64,000 nucleotides of DNA from the human T2T-CHM13v2.0 reference genome, Homo sapiens. The position numbers and the translations under genes are program-made. Within the stretch, counting starts at the first letter, position 1. Each line of letters begins with the position of its first letter. The stretch is from NCBI RefSeq assembly GCF_009914755.1, contig NC_060936.1; one strand, written 5' to 3'. The notes beneath the pieces were generated by a model, which was given only the letters and a program-made list of their open reading frames with translations, was not told where the DNA came from and searched no databases. Of the stretch, positions 31,939 through 45,995 are shown in pieces.

Positions 31939-33329
31939 AAGAGAAGTAGAGAAACTTTAAATGCTCTCAAGATTTTTAAATTTAGAACCAAAATTTTAAT
32001 GTTAGAGATTACTATTAGAAGCCAGCTGGCAGAAGTTTTCTTCCCTCCTTGAAGTAACTTCTCTGAGTCTCTTTTCTCATTTTGGAGTTACTAGATCTCA
32101 CTCTGTCTTCCAATTCTTTTATCTATTGTGAGACTTACTCCACTTAAAACGGCATTGGTGTAGGGAGGCTGATAAAGGAAAATCCATCATCTTGAAATAC
32201 AGGTTGAGGAATTCATTTTAATGTTCCTGTGCCTCTATTCTCTAAGATGAGAACCTACATCATTGGAAAGCTGATTTAAAACTAAAAGAAGAAGAGAGGA
32301 TACTTTATAATGGGCATGAAGAAATCAGAGCTTTCATGTTCTAGAAATCAAATCTGTCACAGTCTTGCCTCTTTGCATCTCCTCCTTGCTTATCTCAAAG
32401 GATTTCCAAATTAAGATGCATAAACTGGATAGCTTCTTTCAGATTCAATTTGTCTTAGCAAAATTCTTAGGATTTTCCTTTCCCTCACTCTTAGCAATCA
32501 TAGTTTATTGGTGGTGCCAGCAGCATAAATCACTATCTTAATTTTCTACATAATTTATACATACTAAATCATTTCCCAAACCATGTATAGGAGGTATTTA
32601 AAGAGGAAAATTAACTATCAAATAAAAATGAAACCCTAAAGCAGAAATTTTATATATAGACAGTTTCCTTCATATAGAATAAGGATTTTAATGTAACATT
32701 AGGGTCAAGAAATATAACATTATAATTTACAAAAGACAAACATGAAAAGTGTTGTGAAACATATTTAGTTTTTCAATTAGTAGGTCGAGGGGCAAAAATT
32801 CAAATGAATCACATTTGCTTCAGAAACCTTGGCAAGTAAATTTGTAAGGAATTTCCCTTTAACTAATTTAAAACACTCCTTCCAAAGGGAATTAGATAAA
32901 TATCAGTCTCAACTCCATCCAACAATTAATTTTAGTTAGGTAATTTTTCGTTTTGTTTTTAATTGAACTGAGCAATACTTCTCACATGGTACAAAATCAT
33001 GAGTGACAAAAAGCTAAGTCTAACTTCACCTACATTTTCCTCCCAAGAGCAAATAAGGAGCTTATTTGAATTTGGAAAACGTACGACAACTTCATAAAGC
33101 TTTAATTTGACAAAATAGCATTTTCATTTCTTGGAAAAATTATTTTTCAACCACTAATTTACATGCTTAAAAATGAGAATTTCTTTACATTCAAATGATA
33201 ATTAATATTGTGAATTTTCTCTTTGCATTAGAATTTCAAAAATGTATTTCAAGGTTGAGCTAGTAAAGAAACTTTTATCTTGTTTATAAATAGAAACAAT
33301 TTTGAAAGACCCACGAATAGTCTTCTTAC

Positions 33330-33421
33330 CTTGCACTCATAGAGAACACATACTCCAGAAGAGGAATAGACTGTATTTCTTTCTCCTTCAAAGTAGGTTC
33401 GTCCTTGAAATTGGCATATCG
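33330..33421 (-). CDS. NELL2: NELL2 internal coding exon (92 nt, phase 1 to 0; about exon 10), N-terminal half of a vWC domain
   Basis: Acceptor ttttttactccaaag|CG, donor TGCAAG|gtaaga; translates (S)ICQFQGRTYFEGERNTVYSSSGVCVLYECK. Not in the ORF track. Confidence 0.93.
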
Positions 33422-34639
33422 CTTTGGAGTAAAAAATACATATATATTTATTTTATTGGGAAAAATAGCTTAGAAGGGATCAGATCATCTTGTAACAGCA
33501 TTCCACATGTTATACACCTTTTTTCAACATGTATGACTAACCAGAAACCTCAATTCAATCTACTGCAAGGCACATGTAAACTTAAATTAGTGTCATGCAA
33601 ATTAAGTTGAGAGAGTAAAATAAGATATAAAAAAGATAAAGGGCAATGACATGTCTGAATTAGACTCTGAAAAAGTAGTGCCAAAAAGCAGACTTACAGC
33701 CAATTACTTGCCTAATAGATGATGTCCCACTTAGGGCATATTAAGTAGTCACTTAGGGCAGCAATAAATCAGGGGTAATATGAGACTCAGGGAACAATAT
33801 GAGAAAAGTTTTTGTTTTATATACCATTACAGAATTTTAAAATAGAACATTATAATAGAAAGAAGGTATATTCATTTCAGCACATCCATGTAAGTTTTAA
33901 GTTTTATGGTTTAGTGTCATTTTATTTATAAGTATGTATGGGTTAGGGCACCCCATCTAGGATGCTGAGAGGTCTGAATCTGAACCTGCCTTGCTTCCAT
34001 CACAATTAAGTGAAATTTTAAAATGTAACCTTAGATTCCATGGGAAAAATATGTTTTTAATCCATAAAAATGCATAGAGTATCAAATAATCTTTTTCTAA
34101 AACCTGCAACATATTTACAGTTCACACAAACATTTAGCCAACAGAAATCATTTCCTTGTTTTGAAGTATTTCACACGACCTACACTGACTCATCACCTAA
34201 GGTGAAACAGATTTACCCTAAAGCTAATGATGCCTAATTTTCAGCGTCCTTCTCTGGCTTAGGCTCCTTGTAAGATGCTGAACTAAGTTCTCCTTTCATA
34301 ATTTTGTATTGTTTATCTTTGAAAGGCCACCCAATATTGTAGATGCTTCAGGTCCCCATAACATCTAGATCTACCCCAAGATAATTATTTCAAAGACCAG
34401 TGGAAGTGATCAACTGATACAGACTCTGGCAATTTGTTCCCCAAATTTACTAAATCCAATTTTTTATTTTAACTATACAAATTATATAAAGTGAATGGGT
34501 ATATTTTCTTTTGATTCCACTGTGTGAATTATGAGAAATTGTTTCACTCTTTGGAATTTATATATCCCTATTACCTTTAAAACTATCAACTTGCCAATAA
34601 TAAAGAAGGAAGAAAGTAGACATATTTTTACTTTTAAAT

Positions 34640-34779
34640 TTTATTATTTATTTTTTTCTTTTAGAGACAGGGTCTTGCTGTGTTGCCCACGATGGTCTCA
34701 AACTCCTGTCCTTAAGTGGTCCTTCTGCCTAAGCCTCCCAAAGTGCTGGGGTTATAGGCATGAGCCACCATGCCTGGTC
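34640..34779 (-). mobile_element. Alu monomer (FLAM or AluJ left arm)
   Basis: tagagacagggtcttgctgtgttgccc...cctcccaaagtgctggggttataggcatgagccacc. Confidence 0.85.
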
Positions 34780-36314
34780 TATTCTCTTAATAATATCAAT
34801 ATATTGTTGTACAAATATTCATTCCCAAAGTATAACCTGACTCTCGCTTTCCTTGAAAAACTATTTTAAAGTTGCACATTTAAATAATGTCAAATAAATA
34901 AATTAATTAAATAATGGAAACCATGCACGTTTTTTAAAATGTCATCCTCCAACTGATCTCCTTACACAGCATTTATTAACAAATTTGACTACATAATGCA
35001 TATCTCCTAGCCAACTGATTTTGAACTTTTTAGAGCTTGCTAGCAAAGAATAAAATTTACTTGCACTAATCATATGACTTAAAGTCTGGCTAAAATATGC
35101 TCACTCGTGAATATTCAAAATGAAACTATGTATTTGTCAGTTGCATACTATCTATCATATTATGAATTAAAATGGTATGTGCATTTACTTAATAAACATG
35201 ATTGATTGCAAAATTTATCTCTCTGACATCTAATTTTTAGGATTTTTTTGTTTTTATGAAACTCAGTAACCTCAACATACCAAGACCTAGCATATTGCAT
35301 GTTTAATTATACTTAATAAGTACTATATTTTATAAGATAATGAGAATAAACAAAACCTTTCTTACATCTATTCAGTACCTGCCATTCAAAAGTTTCTAAG
35401 CCTATTATATTATACGACTTGATAACTGCAGCCTATTCAAGTCCAAGCGTATGTGGAAGAAAAACAATGGTGCTCTAAATCTTACACAGAGGGGAAAGGA
35501 AACATTGTAAAAAAAACACAAGGGTAAATTCTCCTTATTAAAAGTCTTTTGATAATTTAATATTCATGTAGAGCAGATGGGCCTTCTGTTTGAGACTCTT
35601 AATTCAGAAGACTCAAATAGGCAACTTGTGGGACAATAGGGCACCAAATGGAGCTTGGCAGGGAGGGAAAAAGCACAAAAATGAATGAGGTCACAATTGC
35701 TTAATTCTCTTTCAAGCAATGAGCACAAGCAGGATGAAGTTGGCTTAGAGAGAAACCAAAGTGAGTGATTTTTATCTCATTTCTTTTTTGATCAGTTGCT
35801 GTAATTCTCCATAAGTCTAATGTTGACATGGAATATTCAGTAATACTAGTAGGATATTTCTTCCCTAGACTCTTTAGAGGAGAAATGTGAAGAAATTCAA
35901 AAAAGATATAATGATTCCTAAAAACACTGCAAGGAATCATAAAAATGCCATTAGAATGGCTCTAGGAGTTTTCTAAGAGAAGACTGAGAGAGTAACAGTC
36001 ATGTTAACCTATTCATACATTTAACAAATATGTACTGAGCTCCTATTACATGTTAGATATTCTCCTAGGTACTGGAATTCAAAGACGAATTTAATGTGCT
36101 TCATGCCTCAATATTTAGTAGGGCAGACAGACTCATACACAACTAACTCTAAGAGAAGTCAAACTGAAATTCTATGATTAAATAATCCATAAGTTATATG
36201 GAAACTCAGGAGACCGAACGAACTTCTAAGAAGGGACAGCTGGATTAAGATTAAGAAAATAAACAAGGGCTGGTTAAGGATCCAGACTGTGGTAAAAGCA
36301 AGGGATCATCATTA

Positions 36315-36640
36315 CCCTAAGGCTAAGGAACAAGGGAAGAAAATGGTTTTACTAGAGTCCAGTGTAAGCCAGAATTATGGAGGAGAGGCTGCCTTGTAAA
36401 AGCTGTAATCATGAGAGCACAGCTACTGCCAGAGACATAGCTTGGTGCAGGAAAGAAACATAGCCAACCTTCTCTCCTCCTCCTGCCTTCCAGTTTCCTG
36501 CCAGTGTCTCCCATTGGTGAACGCTACTTGAAACTAGCTGGCAAGGAGACCAGAGTGATGCAGGCTGCAGAAGTCAGGCTCCTGGGGGACAGAGGACAAA
36601 GAATGGAAATGGGAGTGTTGGGTGCCCAGGAACAATAACA
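36315..36640 (-). mobile_element. LTR33-like (ERVL) fragment
   Basis: ttctctcctcctcctgccttccagtttcctgccagtgtctcccattgg motif. Confidence 0.5.
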
Positions 36641-39600
36641 AGAACAAATGTCTATTACGTTAATTCACTATAAGCCATTAAGAGGTCTAGTTTACCAGGA
36701 TAGCTTGCTCAGAAGGGCATGAGAGAGCGGAACACAGAAACAAAAGATTTGAAAGAGAAAACTGATATTTTTAAAATGTTGTCCCTCCTTGAGATTATCA
36801 AAATGAGGTTTATAGGCAGCCAGAGGGTAAAATGAGGGAACTGAGCTCTGGGAAAATCAAGTGTGTAAACAGAGGAGGGAAAGCAGATCGGGCCTATGCC
36901 CTAATTTTAACCAAGGCGAACCCATGCAGGTATCAGGTGCAAATTCTGAGAGATAACAATAATCGCTGGCTACCACAATGGCTACAGGACCGTCCCTGGA
37001 ATTCTCTAACTGAAAAGTATCTGCCTTCTAACCTCTCCCCAGTAGAGTATAAAGTAAGAAAATTCACTTCCTCAATAAAACAATAAAGGAATAATCATTT
37101 TTACTATATTTGTTGCTCCTTTTAACCATGTTAATTGCATGCACATGTTTACAGCCAGAGGCTTCATTTCTTCCCTAGTTTTGTTGTGTGGCTTGTGTAT
37201 ATGTGAGTGAGTGTGTATACCACATTAAGTTCTTTATGATGTAACTTTGGATTTCTACACCTCCAATCACTTACTAGCTTAAAGCAGAACTGTTTCAATT
37301 AGGCCATATTTTCAAAAGTCTATGCTGAGTGATTGATTGAATATATTATGTGTATATACTTTAAGATATAAAACTTCTAGGGAGATGTACTTAATTTATT
37401 CATACAGGCTTATCAGTTTGTAGACTAAGAATGCTATACCATTTTGAAATCATATTAACCCACAGAACCACAGCTACTTGTTAGTTATTAATATTAAACA
37501 ATGTGAAATGCATATTTACTCGACTCTAGTAGGTGCTGCTGTTGGCATAACTCCAGGCAGTGCATTCACATCATGGTCTGTGTGATTTAGGTCACCCAGA
37601 GCTTTCCTATGCACAGTCTATTCAGTTATAAGTGGAGACATTAACAACAACTTGGAGAAATTCAATAGGACAATATAACACTTGATGTATACGTTCTACC
37701 AAGGCTATCTTAAACATTACAAACTGGATAGTCACTAGCATCATAATTATGATGGAATCCAAAAAAATCAATTAATAAAAATTATTTTCACTTCATTTTC
37801 CCCCATTTTAAGAACATAAAAACGATTAACAGCAAATAGGAGCCAAGAGATGCTACAGACAAATTTAGAAGTCATCAGTTGTTAAAAAGTGAAAGGTAAT
37901 TTATAACACAGATTGAGAAATGGATAAGTGAAAGAAGCCAGTAAAACTCTGAAAATTCTAAGTTGCACATTAACATCTTGATTTACTGGTCATTAATGCA
38001 GAGATGGCAACTGCAGTTTCCTCTAATGAGATTTTAATGAACTTTAGCAAACCCTTGTAGAAAGAATCATCTAAACCTATCTAAAAACATTTCAGAATAT
38101 ACAAGCAAAAGGGCATCATATTTCACTTTTAAACATTTCCTCACTACATATCTAGCTTTTTCCTCTTATTACCTGATTTAAAATTCATGCATCTACTTTA
38201 AACTTCCCAGTTGGTACCAATACCTTTAAAAATGATTCCTTACAAAATTAAAAGTTATAAACACCAAAAAGAAAGCCAGTGTAATTCACTTAAGTGAGTC
38301 ATGGGACTTACAGTTTCTTTAAAATTCTTTTTCAAAACACCAAATATCAGTGATCTTTGGATTGACAGTCTGTTAAGGACAGAGTTTTATATAGTAGTAG
38401 CTTTCCAATGGTATTGTTTGAAATTTTGATTCCCTTTGGGAGACTTCTTAAAAATGTATAATAGCAGTTACTTCATTCTGAGCCAATATTTTGTTAGTGA
38501 TATACAAATCAAAGCTGTTGGATGAGAAAAAAACTCATTAACTATAATTATGTATATTTGTATTCTTATTATACATTTTTGAAAAGAATGTACAATAAAT
38601 GCATTCATGAGGCAGGCTAAGATTCTGCAAAGTCAAACAAAAAATTTTAAAAGTGTTTTAATATTCTTAAAAAGCTCCAATCAGCTATGCTGCATTTATC
38701 CTGCCTACAACTTTTTTTGTTAACTGGACTCACTTGGAGTCAATTCTTAACAATATGGTCATAATAAAAGTATTGAGCACTAACTGATACAAATTAATCT
38801 CTCTCTCTTCTCTACAATGCTTAAATCTCTATTATAGCACTGAACACATTTTCCTTTTCTCTAGTGAGTTGTACACTTTTTCATCTTTCTTATCTCAGGA
38901 CAGAGTGTCTTACTTGTCTTTGGATTTTATTCAGCACCCAGCATGGGCCCTGCATAATATACTCTCAAGGTTTGTTAAATTTTTTGGTAAATTCTCTTTC
39001 AGCTTCCTGTTTGATAAAGAAATCTAAAAATAAGTGAACTGAAACCTCATTTTTCCCTTTACATTTGGTCTCACCTGTGGAGTTTGCATCTTATAAAAAA
39101 GATTCTATAGCCTGTGTCTTACAGAAGGAGTCTGCCCTTTCTGTAAAATGACAGCTTACTTTCAACTCGAGCACATTTGAAACATCTGAAATGGGAGCAG
39201 TAAGAAAGTAGCTGGTTACTCTCATAGCAGTAACTTACTAACATGAATAATGCAAATTAGCATGCTCAAAGAAAGTCTGCTCGGACAATGTAATGACAAA
39301 ACTTTCTTCTTTCCCTATATAAAACCAGTTTTTGTGAGTCAATGCTATTTAAAATGATCAGAAGTTCAGAGTGCTTAAATAATTCACAAATTCATGAATT
39401 AGACATGATCCTGCCCCTTAGCTAAATCTCATTAATTGTTTGGGAATTTAGTTGTTTGCCAAACTAATATTAGAGTTTAAGAAGTGAGATCTTGATAGTA
39501 GTTATGCAACCTCCCTTTTCTGTTTTATATACACCATGTCCTTGGGCTTCTAAAGGACCAAAGTGTGCTTCCCATAGGTGGCCTTAATTTAGGTCAGTAG

Positions 39601-40860
39601 CTTATTCTTCCAAAAAGAGAACAGGCCCTGAAATACTGTAAATTTAGCAGTAGTGAGGGGTTAGGAGGCAAAGGAGGATAAAAGTACCTCCCAGAATAGA
39701 ACAAGAGCAAAAATTCAAGCACCCTGTCCAGATCAGCCTTTAGGTTAGAGAATGTATATGCTGAGGAAACAAAAATTGAATGTTTAGAAGTTAATAGCAA
39801 AAAAGCACACGCTATTGCTGTAAGCAGAGATTCAGCATTTTTGACTCTAACTTTACCAATTTAAATGGCAATCTAAAAATATTCTGAAATTCTTTTAATT
39901 TAGCTGCTTTTCTGTCACTAGTCTTGTTCTTGATCCTGGCTCATATACCATATAACAGTCTATTAAAACAACAATATAATCAATTCATTTAGTCCTCTGA
40001 CAATATGAAAAATAAATTGAATGACTGGAGGTAAAGATTTAGAGGAAAATACAGTATTTGTGTCAATACTTAAATACTATTAAAGCGACAAACATGGACA
40101 CACATGAAGAAAGGTTTCATTACCACTACACAAAGAAATATAATGTATAATATAGTAAGGAAAAGTTTACATATTGTCACTTTCAAAGTTAGAACTAGAA
40201 TCCATATGACAGTCCTTATGTGCATCTTTTCTTACCACCAACCCAGTGAATTTGGTCAATACAGGAACATCGTCTTTGGTTTAACTTTGTGTAACTTTTT
40301 TTTTTCAAAATGCCCAGCACCATTTAGACACATGTTGTTTTGATGTTATAGTGACGAAGATATTGAACACAAAATGCTGTGTGAACTGCAAAGCATGATT
40401 CTTTTCATTATAAACCAAATATTAGTGCTCAACTAAGAGATTACAAGTAAAAAAACATTGAAAAAGTGATTTTGCTCTTTTATAACAGTTTCTGGTGTGC
40501 AGGTAAAACAAAAGAGGTAACTATTGAGGGGCAGCTCTATTAGGAGGAAATTTTTCAATGCAGTTTCATGACAGCTATATTAATAACTCCATTATGCAAA
40601 GAATGTGGGCCAAGATAAGAGAAAAAGCACACAGTTAAAGGGAGCAAGCTCTGTGTAGAGTAAGACAAGCGGAAGGAATGGCACAAAGAGGAGGGAAGAG
40701 AGAGCAGAGGAAGCAACTGAGGACAGAAAAATTTGATAGCATACTGGAGATGGAACAGGAGAAGGAAAAGGAGTAAGCAACAAAATGATAAACAGGAGAA
40801 CCAAAACAATTTCATAAAGACATGGGGCAAGAATGGTAACACCTGGTGAAAATAAGAAAC

Positions 40861-41144
40861 TTTTTTTTTTTTGCAACAGGGTCTCACTTTGTTGCCCAGG
40901 TTGGAGTGCTGTGGCACGATGAACTGCAACCTCAACCTCCCGGGCTCAAGTGATCCACCTCAGCCTCCTGAGTAGTTGGGACTACAGGCATGCGCCAAAA
41001 TGCCCCACTAATTTTTTAATTTTTTGTAGAGACAGGGTCTCACTCTGTTGCCCAGGCTTGTTTTGAAGTCCTGACCTCAAGTCATCCTTCAACCTTGACC
41101 TCCCAAAGTGCTGGGATTATAGGTGTGAGCCACCACACCCCACC
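40861..41144 (-). mobile_element. AluJ, full length, with TSD taagaaac
   Basis: Poly(T), both arms; taagaaac at 40853-40860 and 41145-41152. Confidence 0.9.
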
Positions 41145-41585
41145 TAAGAAACATTTATTGACACTGAAACACTGTAGTAGAAAGTCATCTTCCCTGCCTT
41201 CAAGGAGCATTCAGCCTAATGTGGGAAATGATGGGCACATGCACAGGTAACTAAATATAACTCAGAGAAGAACACAGTCTTACAAGGGTGGAAATGGAAA
41301 TGCTTCACACAGAGGAGTGTTTGAAAATAAGCACTGAGGGTGAAATGATTTAGCATGATTTAAATCAGGAAAAGAGTACTCATAATACATTCAAAAATAG
41401 AGTAATAATCACAATAATATACTTTGTCCCAGGATTCCAATGAACATCCAGTCTAGAAACCTATATTACCTGGAAGTGATTTATTATAACTTGGTTTTAC
41501 CTATACTCCCAAACCAGTAGGCTGATGGATCTCAACAATAGATGCATATTAAAATCACCTGAAGAACATTTAAAATTCAATGCCT

Positions 41586-41902
<317 letters not shown>

Positions 41903-42445
41903 CTAGACGAGTTAAAAAATTCTGAGGGTAGGACTTGGGTCTTTTAATATTTTAGAGCTGCCCAGGTAGAGCTAAGTTGACAACTATTTTACTATGCAGA
42001 GAAAGGGGAAATCGAAGAGAAAAATAAAATTAACATTTGAATAGAGGCAGTCCAGAGATATTCAGTAGAAGCCTTTTTATCCTATGTTATCTGATGGAAT
42101 TTGGCCTATTGTTTGAAAATAATCAGTTAAACTGAGAAATCATATACGACAATAAATATGTACTTTAAACATTTTAAACACACAAATTCACACTCAATCA
42201 TGTTTTGATGTTGAACATTTTAGTATGGATTCCTTGATTGTGCTTTATTGTAGTCTTGATTATATAAGTAAGCCTTTCAATGTGTTACCTAGAATTTCCA
42301 GTATAAGTTTCATTTTGTTTGGGGTTTTTTTAATGTAATAAGATAGATACTTGCTCAGCAGTCTGAAGAGAAATAATTTTAATACCCTGTTTTCATCCAC
42401 ATTTACAGTTGTTTTACTGACACATAATTTCAGGGTACCTTTTTT

Positions 42446-43087
42446 AAGGGAACTCTTATACACTGTTGGTGAGAATGCAAACTAGTTTAGCCACTATGGA
42501 AAGCCGTTTGTAGAGTTTTCAAAGAACTTAAAGTACAACTACCATTCAACCCAGCAATCCCACTACTGGATATATACCCAAGGAAAATAATTCATTCTGT
42601 CAGAAAGACATATGCACCTGAATGTTCACTGCAGCACTATTCACGATAGCAAGGACATGGAATCAACCTAACTGCCAATCAACAAGGAACTGGATAAAGA
42701 AAATGTAGTATATATATACACCATGGAATACTATGCAGCCATAAAAAAGAATGAGATCATGCCCTTTGCAAAACTTGGACACAGCTAGAGGCCATCATCC
42801 TAGACAACCTAACACGAGATCAGAAAAGCAAAAACCACATGTTCTTACTGATAAGTGGGAGCTAAACACTGAATACATATGGATGTTAAATTAAGAACAA
42901 TAGTCACTGGGCATCACTAGATGGGGGAGAAAGGGAGCAGGGTGTGGGCTAAAGAACCACCTGTTGGGTACTATGTTTTCTGCCTGGGTGATGGAATCAT
43001 TGGGACCTCAAGCCTCAGCATCATGCAGTTTATCCATATAACACACCTGCATATGTATGCTTTAATCTATAATAAAAGTTGAAATTT
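42446..43087 (+). mobile_element. L1PB-like 3' end (ORF2 C-terminus plus 3'UTR)
   Basis: aagggaactcttatacactgttggtg...aatctataataaaagttgaaa. Confidence 0.8.
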
Positions 43088-44690
43088 GCAGGATACAAAA
43101 TCAGTGTACAAAAATCATAAGCATTCTTATACACCAACAAGAACCAAAGTGAGAGCCAAATCAGAATGGCAATCCCATTCACAATTGCCACAAAAAGAAT
43201 AAAACATCTAAGAATACAGCTACCCAGGAAAGTGAAAGACCTCTACCAAGAGAATTACAAAACACTCCTCAAATAAATCAGAGAAGACACAAAAAAATGG
43301 AAAAACATCCCATGCTCACAGACAGGAAGAATCAATATCATTAAAATGGCTACACAGCCCAAAGCAGTTTACATATTCAGTGGTATTCCTATAAAACTAC
43401 CAATGACATTCTTCACAGAACTAGAAAAAAAAAACCTACTTTAAAATTCATATGGAACCAAAAAAGAGCCTAAATAGACAAGGCAATCCTAAGGGGAAAA
43501 AAAAAAAAAAAGGCTAGAGGCATCACAATACCCAACTTCAAACTATACTACAAGTCTACCAAAACCAAAACAGCATGGTACTGGTATAAAAACAGGACAT
43601 AGACCAATGGAACAGAATACAGAGCCCAGAAATAAGGCTGCACATCTGCAACTATCTGATCTTCAACAAAGCTGACAAAAAAAACAAGCAATAAGGAAGA
43701 CTCCCTATTCAATAAATGGTGCTAGGATAACTGGCTAGCCATATGCAGAAAATTGAAGCTGGACCCCTTCCTTACACCATGTACAAAAATCAACTCAGGA
43801 TGAATTAAAGACTTAAATGCAAAACCCAAAACTATAAAAACTCTGGAAGACAACCTGGGCAATACCATTCTGGACATAGGAATGGGTGAAGATTTCATGA
43901 AAAAGACACCAACAAATTTTTGCAACAAAAGCAAAAATTGACAAGTGGGATCTAACTAAACTTAAGAGTTTCTGCACAGCCAAAGAAACTACAAACAGAG
44001 TAAACAGACAACCTACAGAATGAAAGAAAATATTTGCTGGCAAGGTTGCAGAGAAAAGGGAATGATTATACGCTGTTGGTGGGAGTGTAAATTAGTTCAG
44101 CCATTGTGGAAAGCAGTATGGTGATTCCTCAAAAAAACTAAAAGCAGAACTCCCATTCAGCCCAGCAATCCCATTACTGGGTACATACTCAGACAAATAT
44201 AAATCTTTCTACCATAAAGACACATGCACGTGATTGTTCACTGCAGCACTATTCACAATAGCAAAGACATGGAATCAACATAAATGCCCATTAATGACAG
44301 ACTGGATTAAAAAAATGTGGTACCTAAGCACCATGAAACACTATGCAGCCATAAAAACAATATCATGTCTGTTGTGGGAACATGGATGGAGCTGGAGGCT
44401 CTTATCCTTAGCAAACTAACGCAGGAACAGAAAACCAAATACCACATGTTTTCACTTATAAGTGGGAACTAAACGATAAGAACTTATGAACACAAAGAAG
44501 GAAACAGCAGACACTGTGGTCTATTTGATGAGGGAGGGTGGGAGTAGGAAGAGGAGCAGAAAAGATAACTATTGGGTACTGGGTTTAATACCTGGGTGAT
44601 GAAATACTATGTACAACAAACCCCAGTGACATATGTTTACCTATGTAACAAATCTTCACATGTACCCCCAAACGTAAGAAAAAGTTTTTT
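43088..44690 (+). mobile_element. 5'-truncated older L1PA (about PA15/16) with an internal deletion near 44037
   Basis: ORF2 3' region (ggatacaaaatc..., gcatggtactggtat) and 3'UTR gagcagaaaagataactattgggtac. Confidence 0.8.
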
Positions 44691-45082
44691 AACATCCCAT
44701 TATGCATAACAATAAATACACTGAGAAATATTATTAAAACTTTTACTTACTGAAAATTATTACTGTAAAAAGTAATTGACAAGAGAGTCCTTCAATAAAT
44801 AATTTAAAAAAATAACAGTAGATATACACACATAAAACACAGTTATAAACTAAGAAAGTTAAAATAAAATTTCCAAAGGAGAAAAATACATTTACTGAAG
44901 AAAGAGTTGGAAACATATTTTACTGAATGAAACAAATCATCAGGAACTCCGCTAGATGTATTTCTTTAAGTTTTGTTATTCCTTCAAACGACTTCATGAG
45001 GTGAGAAATATTATCTGTCTATCTTTGTGTTTCATATTTTAACTGAAACCCAAAAAAGTTTGTGTTGCCTAAAGTGGGTGAT

Positions 45083-45148
45083 GCAATGGGCTTCGCTTTC
45101 TAGTCCAGTCAAATCGCAATGGGCTTCGCTTTCTAGTCCAGTCAAATC
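45083..45148 (+). repeat. Perfect 33-bp tandem duplication
   Basis: gcaatgggcttcgctttctagtccagtcaaatc twice (45083-45115, 45116-45148). Confidence 0.97.
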
Positions 45149-45669
45149 TCCATATCTCTAGTTAATTAACCCTCAGAACCATGGGTTAGAATTTGGACTC
45201 ATTCAACTTTATTTCATTCTAAACCTTAAAATACAATGATTTGCCAATGCTTTTCTAACTAAACATAAAGGTAGAGTTTAGATGTGTTATACTTAAACTT
45301 GAATATAATCAAGAAAATTTTGATTGCAATTGCTTTCAAATGCTTGCATTTTATGTTAAAGACTTACCGTGTTTAAAATAAATTTAACTTTAAAATGAGA
45401 AAAACAGTACTTTTTTAGTAATTTTAGTTTATCAACTTTTTCAAAATCATTCAACTTAATTTGTATAAAACAAATTTTATTTCATTTCATATTTGTATTT
45501 AGTTGATTTATATATTAGTATGTATTTATAGCAGTTAAGTAATATTACAATTATTATATAAATACAACTTACATGAACAGGGTTGAAAACATTAAGTGTA
45601 CAGGCTTAGCCTCAAACTCAGTTGATTTCTTTTAATTTTTAACAGAGCCAATGTAAACTGTCAATGAAT

Positions 45670-45995
45670 GTTTGTCAAATCACCTGGAGATCTTATTTAA
45701 ATGTGTATGCTGAGCAGTAGATCTAGAGTGAGACATGAAATTCTGCATATGTAACCAGGCCTCAAGGGATACTAATGCTGCTGGTTCAATGATCACACTT
45801 AGAGTAGCAAGATTATAGATCAGTAATTATCAACTGGACTTGCACATAAAAATTGCACATAGGGAAATTGTTGAAAATATCTGTGTGGAATCCAAACAAA
45901 CTAAATCAAAATCTCTAGGAGAGGGACCTAGGAAATCAGTATCTTTCAAGAGAATCCAGATGATTCTAATGTCTGAGCAGTGTTAAGGATTACTG
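45670..45995. mobile_element. Tandem MER5B/MER5A remnants
   Basis: aatcacctggagatcttattt...gctgctggttcaatgatcacacttagagtagcaag; tgattctaatgt. Confidence 0.55.

Noticed and set aside
33302-33610. 102-aa plus-strand ORF overlapping a NELL2 exon
   Set aside because: Non-ATG start, antisense shadow of the exon, no recognisable features.
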